Source: Octopus sinensis | Taxonomy: Eukaryota | DNA length: 64,000 bases | Assembly (NCBI RefSeq): GCF_006345805.1 | Contig: NC_043010.1 | Span: 27,528,001-27,592,000, forward strand | Direction of reading: 5' to 3' | Notes under the pieces: model-generated | Databases searched by the model: none | Seen by the model: only the letters and a program-made list of their open reading frames with translations | What the model was told of the DNA's origin: nothing | In this document: positions 12,631 to 25,579 of the stretch, one piece after another | Layout: the number at the start of each line of letters is the position of its first letter | How positions within the stretch are numbered: the stretch's first letter is position 1 | Translations under genes and position numbers: made by a program

Positions 12631-12669
12631 AATGATGATAATAATAATAATAATAATAATAATAATATA

Positions 12670-14460
12670 GTAAGATCATGGAGAACCACACTAACTCTGA
12701 ACAGTGACAGTGAATCCCTAAATGCTGGTGATGTAAAAATTTCGTGTGGCATTTTCCAGGGTGACTCACTGTCACCACTCCTCTTTTGTTTATCCTTAAT
12801 ACCTCTCTCAAAGCTGCTCAATGACGCGCAGTACGGGTATAAAATGTTTGATAAAATATAAATCATCTCGTTTACATGGATGATTAAAGCTTTTTGCAAA
12901 AAATGATCAACAACTCAAGGGCTTACTAGCGATAGTCAAACAATTCAGTGACGACATCAGAATGCAATTCGGCCTCGATAAATGTGCAAAGGCTACCTTT
13001 ATCAAAGGAAAAATGACAGAAACATCTAACGTTAACCTTGACCAACAGAATGTTCATAAAAGAACTAGACCCAGCGGAGAGCTACAAGTACCTAGGGGTA
13101 ATTGAAGGGAACGGAATAAGGCATTCAGAGATGAAGGAAAGGATCAGGAGAGAATGCTATCGAAGAGTGAGAGCAATACTCAAGACAGAGCTGAATGCAA
13201 GAAACAGGATCGAAGCAATCAATGCATTAGCTATACCAGTCGTGACTTACAGTTTCAATATTGTTAACTGGTCAATTACTGAAATATGTCAGCTCGACAG
13301 AAAAATAAGGAAACTGTTGACAATGCATAGAATGCACCACCCTAAGGCAGATACAGAACGACTCTATCTGCCAAGAAAAGAGGGAGGCCGTGGTCTTTTG
13401 CAACTGGCAATAACAATGAAGATTGCTACAATTGGCCTAGACACCTACCTGAAAAACTCTGAGGACTGGATGTTAAAACTTGTCTCAAAACATGAAAACA
13501 AGAAAGCATCATACTCAGTCACAAAACAGCAAAGGAATATCTAAGTGATTCCGAATACAACCAATTTCGGAATTAGAGATAGACATACAAGAAACAAGCA
13601 CAGAAAAAGCTAGGCGCATGAAAACCCGTGCCAAAACTGCGGCCTAGATATTCTGAATAATAAATGGCAAGAAAAACCTCTCTACGGCAAATACCCAAAG
13701 AGAGCGAATAATGCAGATATCGACAAAGCCCTGACCCATCAATGGCTAATGGCCTCTGGCTTAAAATCTGAAACAGAGGGGTTTATCATAGCAGCTCAAG
13801 ATCATGCCTACCAACAAGAAACTACCAGGCCAACATATTAAGATCAGAAGCAGTCCAACGTGTCGTGTATGCAAGCAACAAAATGAAACCATTGACCATG
13901 TGGTCTCCAAGTGCAGTCTTCTAGCGCCTACAGAGTATCTCAACAGCACGATAGAGCTGCACAATATATTCACTGGGTAATCTGTAAAAACCTGGATTTG
14001 CCCCATGAAAAAAACTGGTGGGAACACAAACCACCCCCAGTGCTTGAAAATGACCACATCTCACTCCTCTGGAACTTCACTTCAAACTGACATGAAGATA
14101 GATGCAAATAGGCCAGACATCATATTGAAAGACTTCAAACAAAGAACATGCCTCCTCATTGATATGACTGTCCCAATCGATATAAACGTATCTGTCAGGA
14201 CCTACCAAAAACTGAGCAAATATAAAGATCTTGAAATAGAAATCAGCAAAATGTGGAAGCTGAAGACTAAAACAATACCTGTTGTCATAGGTGCCCTGTG
14301 AATGATAGCAAAAGGGGCTGATAGCTACCTAACTCAGATACCAGTAAACCCAAAAATGGCAGAAGTTCAAAAGATAGTGCTCATGGGAACTGCTCATATC
14401 CTACGCAAAATACTCTCTATGTAACCTCAAGGTTTAAAACAACCATAATTTTCGGTTTAA
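12670..14460 (+). mobile_element. 5'-truncated R4/Dong LINE (RT C-half, knuckle, REL; disrupted)
   Basis: GIFQGDSLSPLLF, HLVYMDD, YKYLG, RLYLPRKEGGRGL, NRPDII, KYKDL, IPVVIGAL; stop at ~14424. Confidence 0.92.
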
Positions 14461-14557
14461 AAAAAAAAAAAAAAAAAAAAAAACCTTTTTTTTTTTTTTA
14501 ACCGAAATTATGGTTGTTTTAAACCTTGAGGTTACATAGAGAGTATTTTGCGTAGGA
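14399..14557. repeat. Near-perfect inverted duplication of the LINE 3' end around an A-run/T-run
   Basis: cctacgcaaaatac...cggtttA(n)-cc-T(n)aaccg...gtattttgcgtagg. Confidence 0.9.
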
Positions 14558-14695
14558 GTTAAAGAAGAAAATGATAATAATAAAAACAAGAGCACTCAGA
14601 GAGCGCAGACCTTCGCCAAGGCAACACCAACGTCCTTTCAACTATTAGCCGGAGATGTCTTTTTAAAATGAGAATATCTGAAATAGTCAAACATA

Positions 14696-14752
<57 letters not shown>

Positions 14753-14775
14753 TAATAATAATAATAATAATAATG

Positions 14776-14820
<45 letters not shown>

Positions 14821-15344
14821 GCCCTGATGCAGTACCAGGCAGTAGTTCTCAGGGTTTATGATCTTAACTGATTGGAAGTGTCATCATGTACATTGTTTTG
14901 TCTTGGTATAAAAGATGAGCTACAGCAAATATTCTGCTCAATACCACAGATTTGCTTGTCAGTTGTTTGACCTTAACCAGTAGAGCATGTCCCTTAGTGG
15001 GTGAGGATATGTGCATCTCTGATCATGAGCAGAAGTAGTGGGGGAGCATCATAGCCATGTGTTGAGAGGGATTCTTTGGGGTTTGAATAATTCACCTTTG
15101 GAAACATAGGTGTTTTGTTCAACATCCTTAAACAAACCTTATTCAGTGACCTTCTGAGTAGACTGAGCTTCTCGAACTGAAGAAAATTCTAACTGGGTCC
15201 ACCTGCAAGGTTATGCACTGATGTACCGTTATGAGGTGGGGAGTCATGATGAGTATATTTGGCTTCGTATATTTGTACCTCGGAGTCACTTTGATGGCAT
15301 GCACTGCTCTTACAATCGATAATAATGATAAATAATAATGTTTT

Positions 15345-15550
15345 TTACTATAGCCACAAGGCTATAATGTAGGAAGGGGTTGAGTCGATTTCGTTGACGC
15401 CAGTACTCATCTCGTACTTATTTCGTCGACCCCGAAAGAATGAAAGGCAAAGTAGACCCCGGCGGCATTTGAACTCTGAATGTAAAGACGGACGAAATAC
15501 CGCTAAGCATTTTTCCACCACGTTAACGATTCTGTCAGATCACCGGCTTT
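15345..15550 (-). mobile_element. SINE family A
   Basis: Homologous to 8160-8390. Confidence 0.7.
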
Positions 15551-15596
<46 letters not shown>

Positions 15597-15687
15597 AAAA
15601 AGAAGAGCAATAACAATACAACACGAAGACGAAGAAGAAGAAGATCATGGGGATAATCATGATGACGATGTCGACGACGACGACGAC

Positions 15688-15732
<45 letters not shown>

Positions 15733-16113
15733 GATGATGAGGAGGAGGAGGTTGATCGAGAAAATGGAGTGTGCATGGGGAAATGTGGATCACGCACTGC
15801 TACCATGTATAAACTTCGTGTTAAGTGAAGTGCCTCGAAACCTTGCTTAACCTTCTTTCAGAAAAGTAGAAACTGAAAGAGTCGAAGGTGGAGTGTGAGG
15901 TGGGTTAGAGGAGGGAGAGAGAGAGACTCGAGCAGTGGAAAAGATGCTGGCGATATCGATGATGGTAGGGCTGTTAGAATTGGTGAAAGAAGTGAGTTGA
16001 TGATGCATTGATACATTTTGACATGTGTCTGTGAATGTGCGTGGGTGTGCGAGTGGGTGCGTGTGCAACTATGTTGTGTGTACATAGGCATGCACATCTT
16101 GATATATATATAT

Positions 16114-16221
<108 letters not shown>

Positions 16222-16417
16222 GGATGGATGGATGGATGGATGGATGGATGGATGGGCAGATAATTGAAAGATAGACATATAGATATGCATGTGTGTATGC
16301 GTGTGTGTAGATGAGTGTGTAGATGTGTGTGTGGGGATACATATACATATATATATATGTATTTAAATATATACACATATATGTATACATATACGTAGAT
16401 ATTTACACACACACACG

Positions 16418-16463
<46 letters not shown>

Positions 16464-16554
16464 GCATGCATACATAAGCGTAGATATGATATAGCTATAA
16501 CGATATAAAGTTATACATACATGCATACATTCATATATGTATAGGCATATACAA

Positions 16555-16590
<36 letters not shown>

Positions 16591-17561
16591 GCACGCACCA
16601 TACAAGTGCACACACACCTGCGCGTGCGCACACACTTACACACACTTGTATATATGCACATGCACAAATTTGTACATATATCCACCCACATCTATTGATG
16701 CTTGATTTTTATACGTAATTACATATATAAACCAGAAAAACGTTAATTGTTAGATTATTCGATATATTTAAGTAGAACTCGACAAAGCTGTGTGGACACA
16801 TGAAAGAAGGTTCTAAGGGCTAAACACAAAAGACTTGGTGAATCATATTAAGATGCAAGAATGAAAATGTGTTGTACTTCCAGAAGAGGTGGGACGATGT
16901 GAATTCATAGCTAGGAGACCATGAGTTGTCATAAATACATGCCATAATAAAACAGTGACCCACGAACTTATGAGCGGAAATAGAAGATCTAGCAGAGAAA
17001 TATACGAGTAAGACCACCATATTAAGAGCAAAGAACAACCCTCCCCCGGCAAGTATTATACTAAAATAGTTACTGTATAGGTGGAGTGGTTGCAGTTTCA
17101 TCCTGTTTGATGTGATTGATGCATGGAAAACGGTGGGGGCGTGATTCGTGCTACGTAGGGTAAGAATGAAACGGACATTCCCTGGCATCATCACTGCTAC
17201 TCGAAATCCCTGCAGAAAGCGATAGTGTCGGAAGGTGTCGAAATCGTTGTGGTTTCCAGTCGATGACTGATGAAGAGAATATGCCATAGCGAAAGCTTCA
17301 TGTAAAAAGATTAAAATGTGTACACACGATATGATACGGGACAACTGAAGAAGGGGAATGTTCTTTATGTTGCATGCCTCGTTTCTCTGTTTTTTCGTTG
17401 TTTGAAAAAAGTTCGTTTCTATGTTTTTGTTTTTATGTTTTCGTTTCTCATTGTGTTCAACATTTTCTTTATGTCCTGTACCCATATATGCATGTATATA
17501 TACATATAGATGTCGGTATGTACATATATGTATGTATATATGCATATATTTATATATTATT

Positions 17562-17592
<31 letters not shown>

Positions 17593-17630
17593 GTATATAC
17601 ATACATACATATATATATATATATTCATAT

Positions 17631-18574
17631 AGCAAAATCAAGGAACGGCCATAATAGGCCATTCACCCACTAGAAATAACAGCCAAGGCTTCAACCGCAA
17701 AACAACAATTATTAATTCCGTAAACCAGGAAAAATTAAAAAAAACATTTACCCTGTAATTCTTTATACGATGCACCGTTTCTTCTATTGTTTAATGGTAA
17801 ACTAACCTGATTAAATTAAATCAAGCTAGTCTTCCATAGGCCGATAGATTCATCAGTAAAGAACAGCCAGATCGGAGCAGATATTTACACGAGGCACTTC
17901 TACCACTGTCTCGGCAATATCTTACCTAAAATTTTCAAATCATCGCACTCGCGCCAAATTTATCGGCAGCAAATATAAGCCGCCGATTCCATTACGGAAT
18001 TAACCAGAAAATTCATAATTAATCAATATAGGGTGGCAAAAAATTTCGCAGAATTTTTTTGCCACCAGCGGCCTAGTGGGAAAAAATTAAATAGTCATAG
18101 ACCATTTATAAATTCAACAGCAAAATCAAGGAACGGCCATAATAGGCCATTCACCCACTAGAAATAACAGCCAAGGCTTCAACCGCAAAACAACAATTAT
18201 TAATTCCGTAAACCAGGAGAAAATTTAAAAAAAAAAACATTTACCCTGTAATTCTTTATACGATGCACCGTTTCTTCTATTGTTTAATGGTAAACTAACC
18301 TGATTAAATTAAATCAAGCTAGTCTTCCATAGGCCGATAGAATTACAGGGTAAATGTTTTTTTAATTTTCTCCTGGTTTACGGAATTAATAATTGTTGTT
18401 TTGCGGTTGAAGCCTTGGCTGTTATTTCTAGTGGGTGAATGGCCTATTATGGCCGTTCCTTGATTTTGCTGTTGAATTTATAAGTGGTCTATGACTATTT
18501 AATTTTTTCCCACTAGGCCGCTGGTGGCAAAAAAATTCTGCGAAATTTTTTGCCACCCTATATTGATTAATTAT
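17631..18574 (-). mobile_element. Non-coding PLE-type element: ~490 bp partial tandem repeat plus inverted terminal arm
   Basis: 17631-17847 is repeated at 18119-18340, and 18339-18574 is the reverse complement of 18015-18255. Flanked by TA repeats; contains a hammerhead. Confidence 0.8.
17759..17863 (-). ncRNA. Type I hammerhead ribozyme
   Basis: ttcttta-CTGATGA-A.TCTAT...ATAGA.A-GAAA-CGG(TGCA)TCG-TA|taaagaa. Perfect 7-bp stem I and a GUA triplet. Confidence 0.8.
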
Positions 18575-18630
18575 ATATTCATATATATATATATATACAT
18601 ACACACATATATACATTAAATCGTTATGTT

Positions 18631-18726
<96 letters not shown>

Positions 18727-20469
18727 GAAAGGAAAGGAGAGATTCAAACATTCTTACAGTATCTGCCACGGCAATATTGCCAGTGTAGTACAGCGGACTA
18801 TACAGTTGCTTGTCCCGCTGCAAATATCATCTCAACCTCCCTTAAACTTTCGACTTATTCGCTGTTTATGTTCAGTTGATCGTCCAGGTTTTAATTCAGT
18901 CTTGATATTTGCAGGTGGGATTTATTTTGGTGACGATATTTCTCAGAGATGCGAAGTTAACAAAGCTGTTCGATTATGCTTGATACAATGAGTTTGGCTG
19001 TTATTCATTGCATAACATGTATACTGAGTGGTTAACAATTTTGCTTTGCATATAGTGCTGTCATATTGGGTACATAACTTCCTTGTCTAGGTTCAAGCCA
19101 AAGTATGTCAATGAAATACAAGGAACAGAAACTATGAGGAATCAATCGATGGGCTGTACCTGTTTTTGGGTGGTGAATTTAGTACGTCACCTGGATTTAT
19201 AGCACAAACTGGTCATTGAGTGACTTTAGCGATATCAATTCTTTGCAAAATTTGTGCCAGGTATTCGGTTTCCCTAACCCAATTTTGAAAGCTTTACAAA
19301 AACGATAATGTATTGTACCTTTTATATTAACAATCCTTTGAAAATATATTCAAAACTTACGTTCAGATTCCATATATGTTAGGACAAAGTTGTGACATTT
19401 TTCTTTTCCATTATTCTTGTTGGTTGATATGTGACTGGGGAAATGGAATTTGAAACTGCCTTAACACATGTCAATATAATATTTCTCCATAAATCTCATC
19501 CCTGTTTCTAAGAGAGCAAATATGTAAATGAGATCCACGTTACGAGTTTAGCAGCTGTGTAAAGAAGATACCGCCTACATTAATGACAACTGTGTAAATG
19601 ATATCACAATTACTCAAGCTAGCAATCCGACAAATGAAATCATGCCTACCTAGGGAGCAGCTATGTAACAGATCACTAATACTATGAAAGAAAATATAAT
19701 TCAGCCTGTTTTGAGAGTAAATATGCAAATAAGATTTCGCCTTCTTAAAGAGCAACTATTTAAAATTTCCGATTTAAACGAGATTTATGATACAGGCCGA
19801 GTAATATGTACATAAAATCCTTGCTAAAACAAAGTGCTTGCATGTGTCAATGTGTTTGTGTGCAGACGTGCGTAGGACTGTGTGTGCCTGTGTGCATGTG
19901 TATATGTTAATTACAGAGCTAAAGTTAGTAGCATGTTGTTTTACTCTTTGGATAAAAAGCGTGTATTGTATTTTCCACGCGAATAATTATATCCTCACAA
20001 CTTTAAGTGAAGACAGTAGCAATCGTAAGCTTAATTTACAGATTTATTTCATCTGTGTGTCTATCTTTCTCTCTTCTGCTCTTCTGTCTCATCCTGTCTC
20101 TCTTACTGCCTCCTCTTTTTATCTCTACAATGTCCAAGATATTGAAGATAAAAAAGCGATCGTATTTAAGCCTAATTTTAATTTTAACTTTAGACGACTC
20201 TGAGGTTTTCCTCTCCTTGCCTTTGTCTCTTCGCTCCTTTTCCCCACCGTTCAAAGAGGAAATGCCAAAATGAAAATCGACCGTGTTCAATGATTAATTC
20301 TTTTAAATGAGTATAGACTAATTTCAAGATCTCAAGTTATGTTGTATTGACGAGCCCACAATAAGGGCGAAACTACAGGAATATCTAATCTCTCTCTCTC
20401 CACCTCTCTCTCCCTCTACCAGTTATAAGCAGCGACAGCTGCAGCTGTTGTTCCAAGTCAAACAGCCAC

Positions 20470-20509
<40 letters not shown>

Positions 20510-20579
20510 TATATGTATGTGTGTGTGTGTATGTATATATATATATATATATATATAAAATAACAATAATAATAAATAA

Positions 20580-20793
20580 TGGCATGTGCCCTTTTAAAAC
20601 CTAGCCAGGCTCATGGGTTTCCCGGTTTCTATGGCGTATGTGTTCCTCAGTTGGATGGGACGCTAGTCCATCGCAACGTTACTTATTTTTGCCAGCAAAG
20701 CGGACTGGAGCAACGTGAAATGAAGTGTTTTGCTCAAGAACACAACGCGTCGCCCGGTCCAAGAATCGAAACCACAGTCTTACGATCATGGTG

Positions 20794-20795
<2 letters not shown>
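20580..20795 (-). mobile_element. tRNA-derived SINE, family C
   Basis: Minus strand B-box GTTTCGATTC followed by CORE-like ttcttgagcaaaacacttcatttc. Confidence 0.6.
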
Positions 20796-20842
<47 letters not shown>

Positions 20843-21061
20843 GGGAGAGAGAGAGAGAGAAAGAGAGTGTGTGTTAGGTGATATATATATATATATATAT
20901 ACACACACATATACTTTAGTGTTATTTTTATGCCAAAGACAGTTCAACATTAAACTGAAATACTTTTTAATAGAGTACAAGTAAATTTTTCTAAAGCAGT
21001 GACTTCGAAGTTTCAACTTCCTTCCCTTCATATACATATCATATGCGTGTGCATATGTATG

Positions 21062-21153
<92 letters not shown>

Positions 21154-21239
21154 CAGGTTTATTACAGTTTTGAGCAGACATGCAGGAATGAGCTGAACTC
21201 TTGTGAATGAAAAGAGACAATATAGAAAATTAATTGGAG

Positions 21240-22010
21240 ACCGTATAATGAGCAATGAAATAAGAATATTTGGTGACAACAGAACAACGGAAAGGAAGAA
21301 CAGGGATAAGAGAGGGAGATGAAGATGCAAGATGGACGCTGGGCTTAGTTGGAGAGACTAGAGAAAGAATGATATTGTAATGTGTCAAAATGTGTGGGAT
21401 AAAAAGATTGAGGCGGAAATTGTTGATGAAGGAGGAGGATGGAAGAGGAAAAAGAAGAGGATGAGGATGAGGGAAAGAGAAAGTGGATGTGGAGGAGAAA
21501 AAGATTGAGGGAAGGAGGGGGAGGTTGAGGAGGAGAAAGAGAGGTAGAAAGGAATGAGGAGAAAGAGAGAAAAAAGGCGGAGATGGTGAGACATAGAAGG
21601 GTGAAAGAGGATGAGAAGACAATGAAAACAAAAGAGAAAACGAAGAAGAAGAAGAAGAAGAAGAAAAGGAGGAGGAGGAGGAGGAGGGGGAAAAGGAGAG
21701 GGAGAAGGAGAAGGAGGAAGGAGGCCGGGATGATGATGAAAAAGAAGAAGAAAAGGAGGGGGAGGAGGAGAAGCAGGTGGGGAGGCCGGGATGAAGAAGA
21801 GGGGGAGAAGGAGGAGGTCGGTCGGGATGATGATGAAAAAGAAGAAGAAAAGGAGGAGAAGTGAAGGCCGGGATGAAGAAGAAGAGGGGGAAAGAGAAGG
21901 AAGAGGGGGCGGTCTGGATGATGATGATGATGAAGAAGAAGAAGAAGAAGAAGAAGAAGAAGAAGAAGAAGAAGAAGAAAAGAAGAAGAAGAAGAAGAAG
22001 AAGGTTATCT
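21240..22010. repeat. Polypurine (GAA/GGA)n low-complexity tract with internal aggccgggatga repeats
   Basis: Strong purine skew and several gaggccgggatga units. Confidence 0.85.
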
Positions 22011-22582
22011 GAGATCGTATCAATTTTGGTGAAACTAACAATAATAGTTTTGTGTATATTAGATGACTTAATGTAGTTAGGCGAGACTAATAATACGCAT
22101 GTAATGGACTGAACGTTTGCATTGTAGTGTAGGGAAGTAATATTTGAGTCAGTGAGGTTATCCGGTTATAATAAGATAGAACATTAATGGCAAATTGATT
22201 TGAAATTTAAAAGCAATTATACTGGTTTCGATTTAAAAAGCTGGAAGTGGGGGTCTCTAAAAGATATATGTGCTTAGGTATGATGCGATAAAATGCTTAC
22301 GGGAACGGTTTGATCTAGTTTGAAGTTATTTGATTTCAATAGATGAATGAGAATGCAGTTATCTAGAATCCTTAAGTGGATATTTGATTTTGGAGTGCGA
22401 AAAAGGAGGAAATGAACTTATATGAAACGTAAGTTTTATATAGTTATAAGTGTAAGCTCTCGACGAATAGATGTTACAAAACAGGCATGATTTGAAGACG
22501 ATTGATAGAAGACGTAAATGGTGACAGAAATTAGTATGGGTGGAGTCAAGAGTTACTCACTATAGTAGTAGTAGTAGTAGTA

Positions 22583-22632
<50 letters not shown>

Positions 22633-23007
22633 AAAGATTAGATAGGTAGAAAGAAAGCAATTGATAAGGATTAAGAAAGCAAGAGGAAGATAAGACAGCG
22701 ATAGATGGATCGGAGGAGATGAGAGGCGGAGCTTACAATTATTTGGTAATATTAAATAACGAAAAGAGCACAAATTGTTAGAACTTACAAGTTATAAATG
22801 GCAATCATCATCAGCGATCATAAACCAAAAGCCATGATTATGAAACGTGTCTTCACCGCGATAAGTTGTCTGACGAAGCCCGTAACCAGCCAAACATGGC
22901 AGTCTCAATCAATAAAATTAATTAAAACTTCACACTGCTCCACCTGTGAGTTTTTATTCAATGTTCACTGTTTCTGTGCCTGTAAAATGACACCCAGTTT
23001 AATGTTA

Positions 23008-23038
<31 letters not shown>

Positions 23039-23039
23039 A

Positions 23040-23378
23040 ATCAATAAATGGTGGGGTTGTGTTGCCCGCACGTGGAGAAATGATAGGCGAGGAAAAATTA
23101 TAAAAAGGCAGAACGCTAAATTGAAGGTAAATTTTAATAAAAGTGGGTGTATGGAAAATATAAGTTTATTATTACTTTTTGGAAAAAAACATTGTAAATT
23201 TCTTTTTTCCCCTTCCTCAATTTTTTAAAAATTTCTTTTCACCTTTCAATTCTTGAAAATTTGCTTTGCGATGAAAACCGATTAGAGTTAATATTTATTA
23301 AATTTTCCATACACCCATTTTTATTAAAGTTTACCTTCAATTTAGCATTCTGCCTTTTTATAATTTTTCCTCGCCTAT
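23040..23378 (+). mobile_element. Fold-back PLE-derived element (arms ~23089-23175 / 23285-23378)
   Basis: ataggcgaggaaaaattataaaaaggcaga...gtatggaaaat is inverted at the right end; a hammerhead lies in the spacer. Confidence 0.65.
23248..23289 (+). ncRNA. Minimal hammerhead, U3:A8 variant
   Basis: aattc-TTGAAAA-T.TTGC(TTT)GCGA.T-GAAA-ACCGAT-TA|gagtt. Confidence 0.55.
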
Positions 23379-23429
23379 TTATATAAATATATGTATGTAT
23401 GGATGTATGGATGTATGTATGTATGTATG

Positions 23430-23484
<55 letters not shown>

Positions 23485-23543
23485 TATATATACAGTAACA
23501 CCCCCCTTTGTGGTTAGCCATATTGAGATGGCTTTTATACTTT

Positions 23544-23596
<53 letters not shown>

Positions 23597-24115
23597 GAAC
23601 AATATCAACGTTAAAGCTCGAAATTGTAATGATCTTTTGAACGTTGACTAATGAGGAATAAGCTACACATTTTCTGTTGGAGAAATTTTCGCTATGTGAC
23701 GCTATGCACTCCTAATTATTTTTACTCATTTCTAAAATATTCTTTGAATATTTTTTCGTGTGACATCTATTTCTGTCTCTTTCTTTGCCTCTATTTTGCC
23801 TTCCACCCACTCTCTTTCTCCTTCCCTCCCTAATACTTTACTGCTTCCTCCGTTCTGGCTTTCTATCTGTCCTTCTCTAGTCTCCAGTCCTACAGGATAT
23901 TTTCATTTTCCTTTGCGTTACCTTATGTTGGTATGCCTTGTTACCACATGGCTTTTTTTTTTGTATATGTATGTCTTATTTGTCGGGTTTGTTTATGTCA
24001 TTGTCCTGTACATTCGTTGACTATTCCCAGTGGCTTTTCGCCACTGGCGCCACCGAAACTGATCAATATCAATGTTACAAGCGTGAAACTGTAATGACCT
24101 TTAGGGTGTTGACTG

Positions 24116-24206
24116 GTTCGTCTCATTCGATCCCCTGCCTCAATGTTTGTTTTGTCTGTCCTCATATCATCTCCTCTTTTTCTCCACCTCATGGTTAATA
24201 AAGAAA
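24116..24206 (+). mobile_element. Extremely 5'-truncated Tx1 LINE tail with 7-bp TSD (TTGACTG)
   Basis: Matches 38120-38212; TTGACTG at 24109-24115 and 24207-24213. Confidence 0.8.
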
Positions 24207-24280
24207 TTGACTGATGAGGAATAAGCTACGAATTTTCCGTTATGTTTTTGTAGTATTTTCATTTGTCGTGCTTTTGTTAA

Positions 24281-24362
<82 letters not shown>

Positions 24363-24886
24363 GTATATTCTCTTTACTCGTTTCAGCCATGCGGTTGCGG
24401 TCATACTGGAACACCAGCGCTAAATCCGAACAGTGCGAAAGTACTCAACTATGCATTACTGGATACATATTCTTTGTTTGTTTCATGCATTAGGGAATTT
24501 ATTTAACGTTCCCATATGAAAGGCTTGATAATTGTTGAGAGATTCTTCTTTACCTCTACATGAAACCGTTGGTTGCCTTGTTAACACCGAAATAAAGTAT
24601 ATAAATGTGTGTGTGTAAATATATATATATGTTGGGGGGTGCGTGTGTGTGTGTGTATTAAAATACTGAGGGTAGAAATTGATATCAATCAATTAATATC
24701 AATTTAAAAGATCCGAAGATTTAGAAATTATTTTAAAATTAATAAGAGGAATGACCACTAAAGTGGATTTCTATACGCTAGAAATAGACGTCAAATCACC
24801 TTAACACAAAGAGCACTGGGGTTGTTGTAATCGACTAGATCCCTCCTCGAAATTGTTGTCCTTGTGCCAAAATTTTGAAACCTATA

Positions 24887-24939
<53 letters not shown>

Positions 24940-24940
<1 letters not shown>

Positions 24941-25541
24941 TTACAATTAATAAGAGGAATGACCACTAAAGCGGATTCCTATACGCTAGAAATAGACGTC
25001 AAATCACCTTAACACAAAGAGTGTGTTCTCAAGAAAGAAAAACTAGCAAACGCCAAAATGTAAAAAATAAGCAAGGCAAATGAAAATTTACAAAATAAAA
25101 CGATTACCTACGTATCTGGATTTCATTATTAATACTTGCAAAATGCAAAATGCAAGATGCAAGATGCAAGTATCTGTAAATCCTCAGCGTAGTCTGTCGT
25201 ATTTCGAAATATATTTTACAGAACTATACACAGAAACGTTTTCCCAAAATATACAGTTCTACAAAATATATTTGTGGTACTTTTCAAATGCCTCACTTTG
25301 GCGCGCTAGTGCCGAAAAACGACCCTGCAGATAATAAATTACCGCAGTTAATTCACCGGTTTGAGAACATTACGTAGGTAATCGTTTTATTTTGTAAATT
25401 TTCATTTGCCTTGCTTATTTTTTACATTTTGGCGTTTGCTGGTTTTTCTTTCTTGAGAACACACTTTTTGTGGTAAGGCGATTTGACGTCTATTTCTAGC
25501 GTATAAGAATCCACTTTAGTGGTCATTCCTCTTATTAATTG

Positions 25542-25545
<4 letters not shown>
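24940..25545 (-). mobile_element. Fold-back element with ~175 bp inverted arms (24940-25114 / 25371-25545) in (TA)n
   Basis: Arms are reverse complements and a hammerhead abuts the left arm. Partial extra copy at ~24737-24812. Confidence 0.85.
25108..25192 (-). ncRNA. Type I hammerhead ribozyme
   Basis: ctacg-CTGAGGA-T.TTA..GATACTTGCA/TGCAAGTATT..TAA.T-GAAA-TCCAGA-TA|cgtag. Confidence 0.78.

Positions 25546-25577
<32 letters not shown>

Positions 25578-25579
<2 letters not shown>

Noticed and set aside
15394-15828. Acidic poly-S/D/E ORF
   Set aside because: SINE antisense sequence plus (TAG)n and (GAT)n repeats; no splice or domain evidence.
16770-16920. Possible Tx1/L1 C-terminal relic (KAVWT...FQKRW)
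   Set aside because: Too degenerate to support as a feature.
18740-18850. Possible exon ending at a minus-strand GTAAGA donor
   Set aside because: No good acceptor giving an open frame, and no recognisable peptide.
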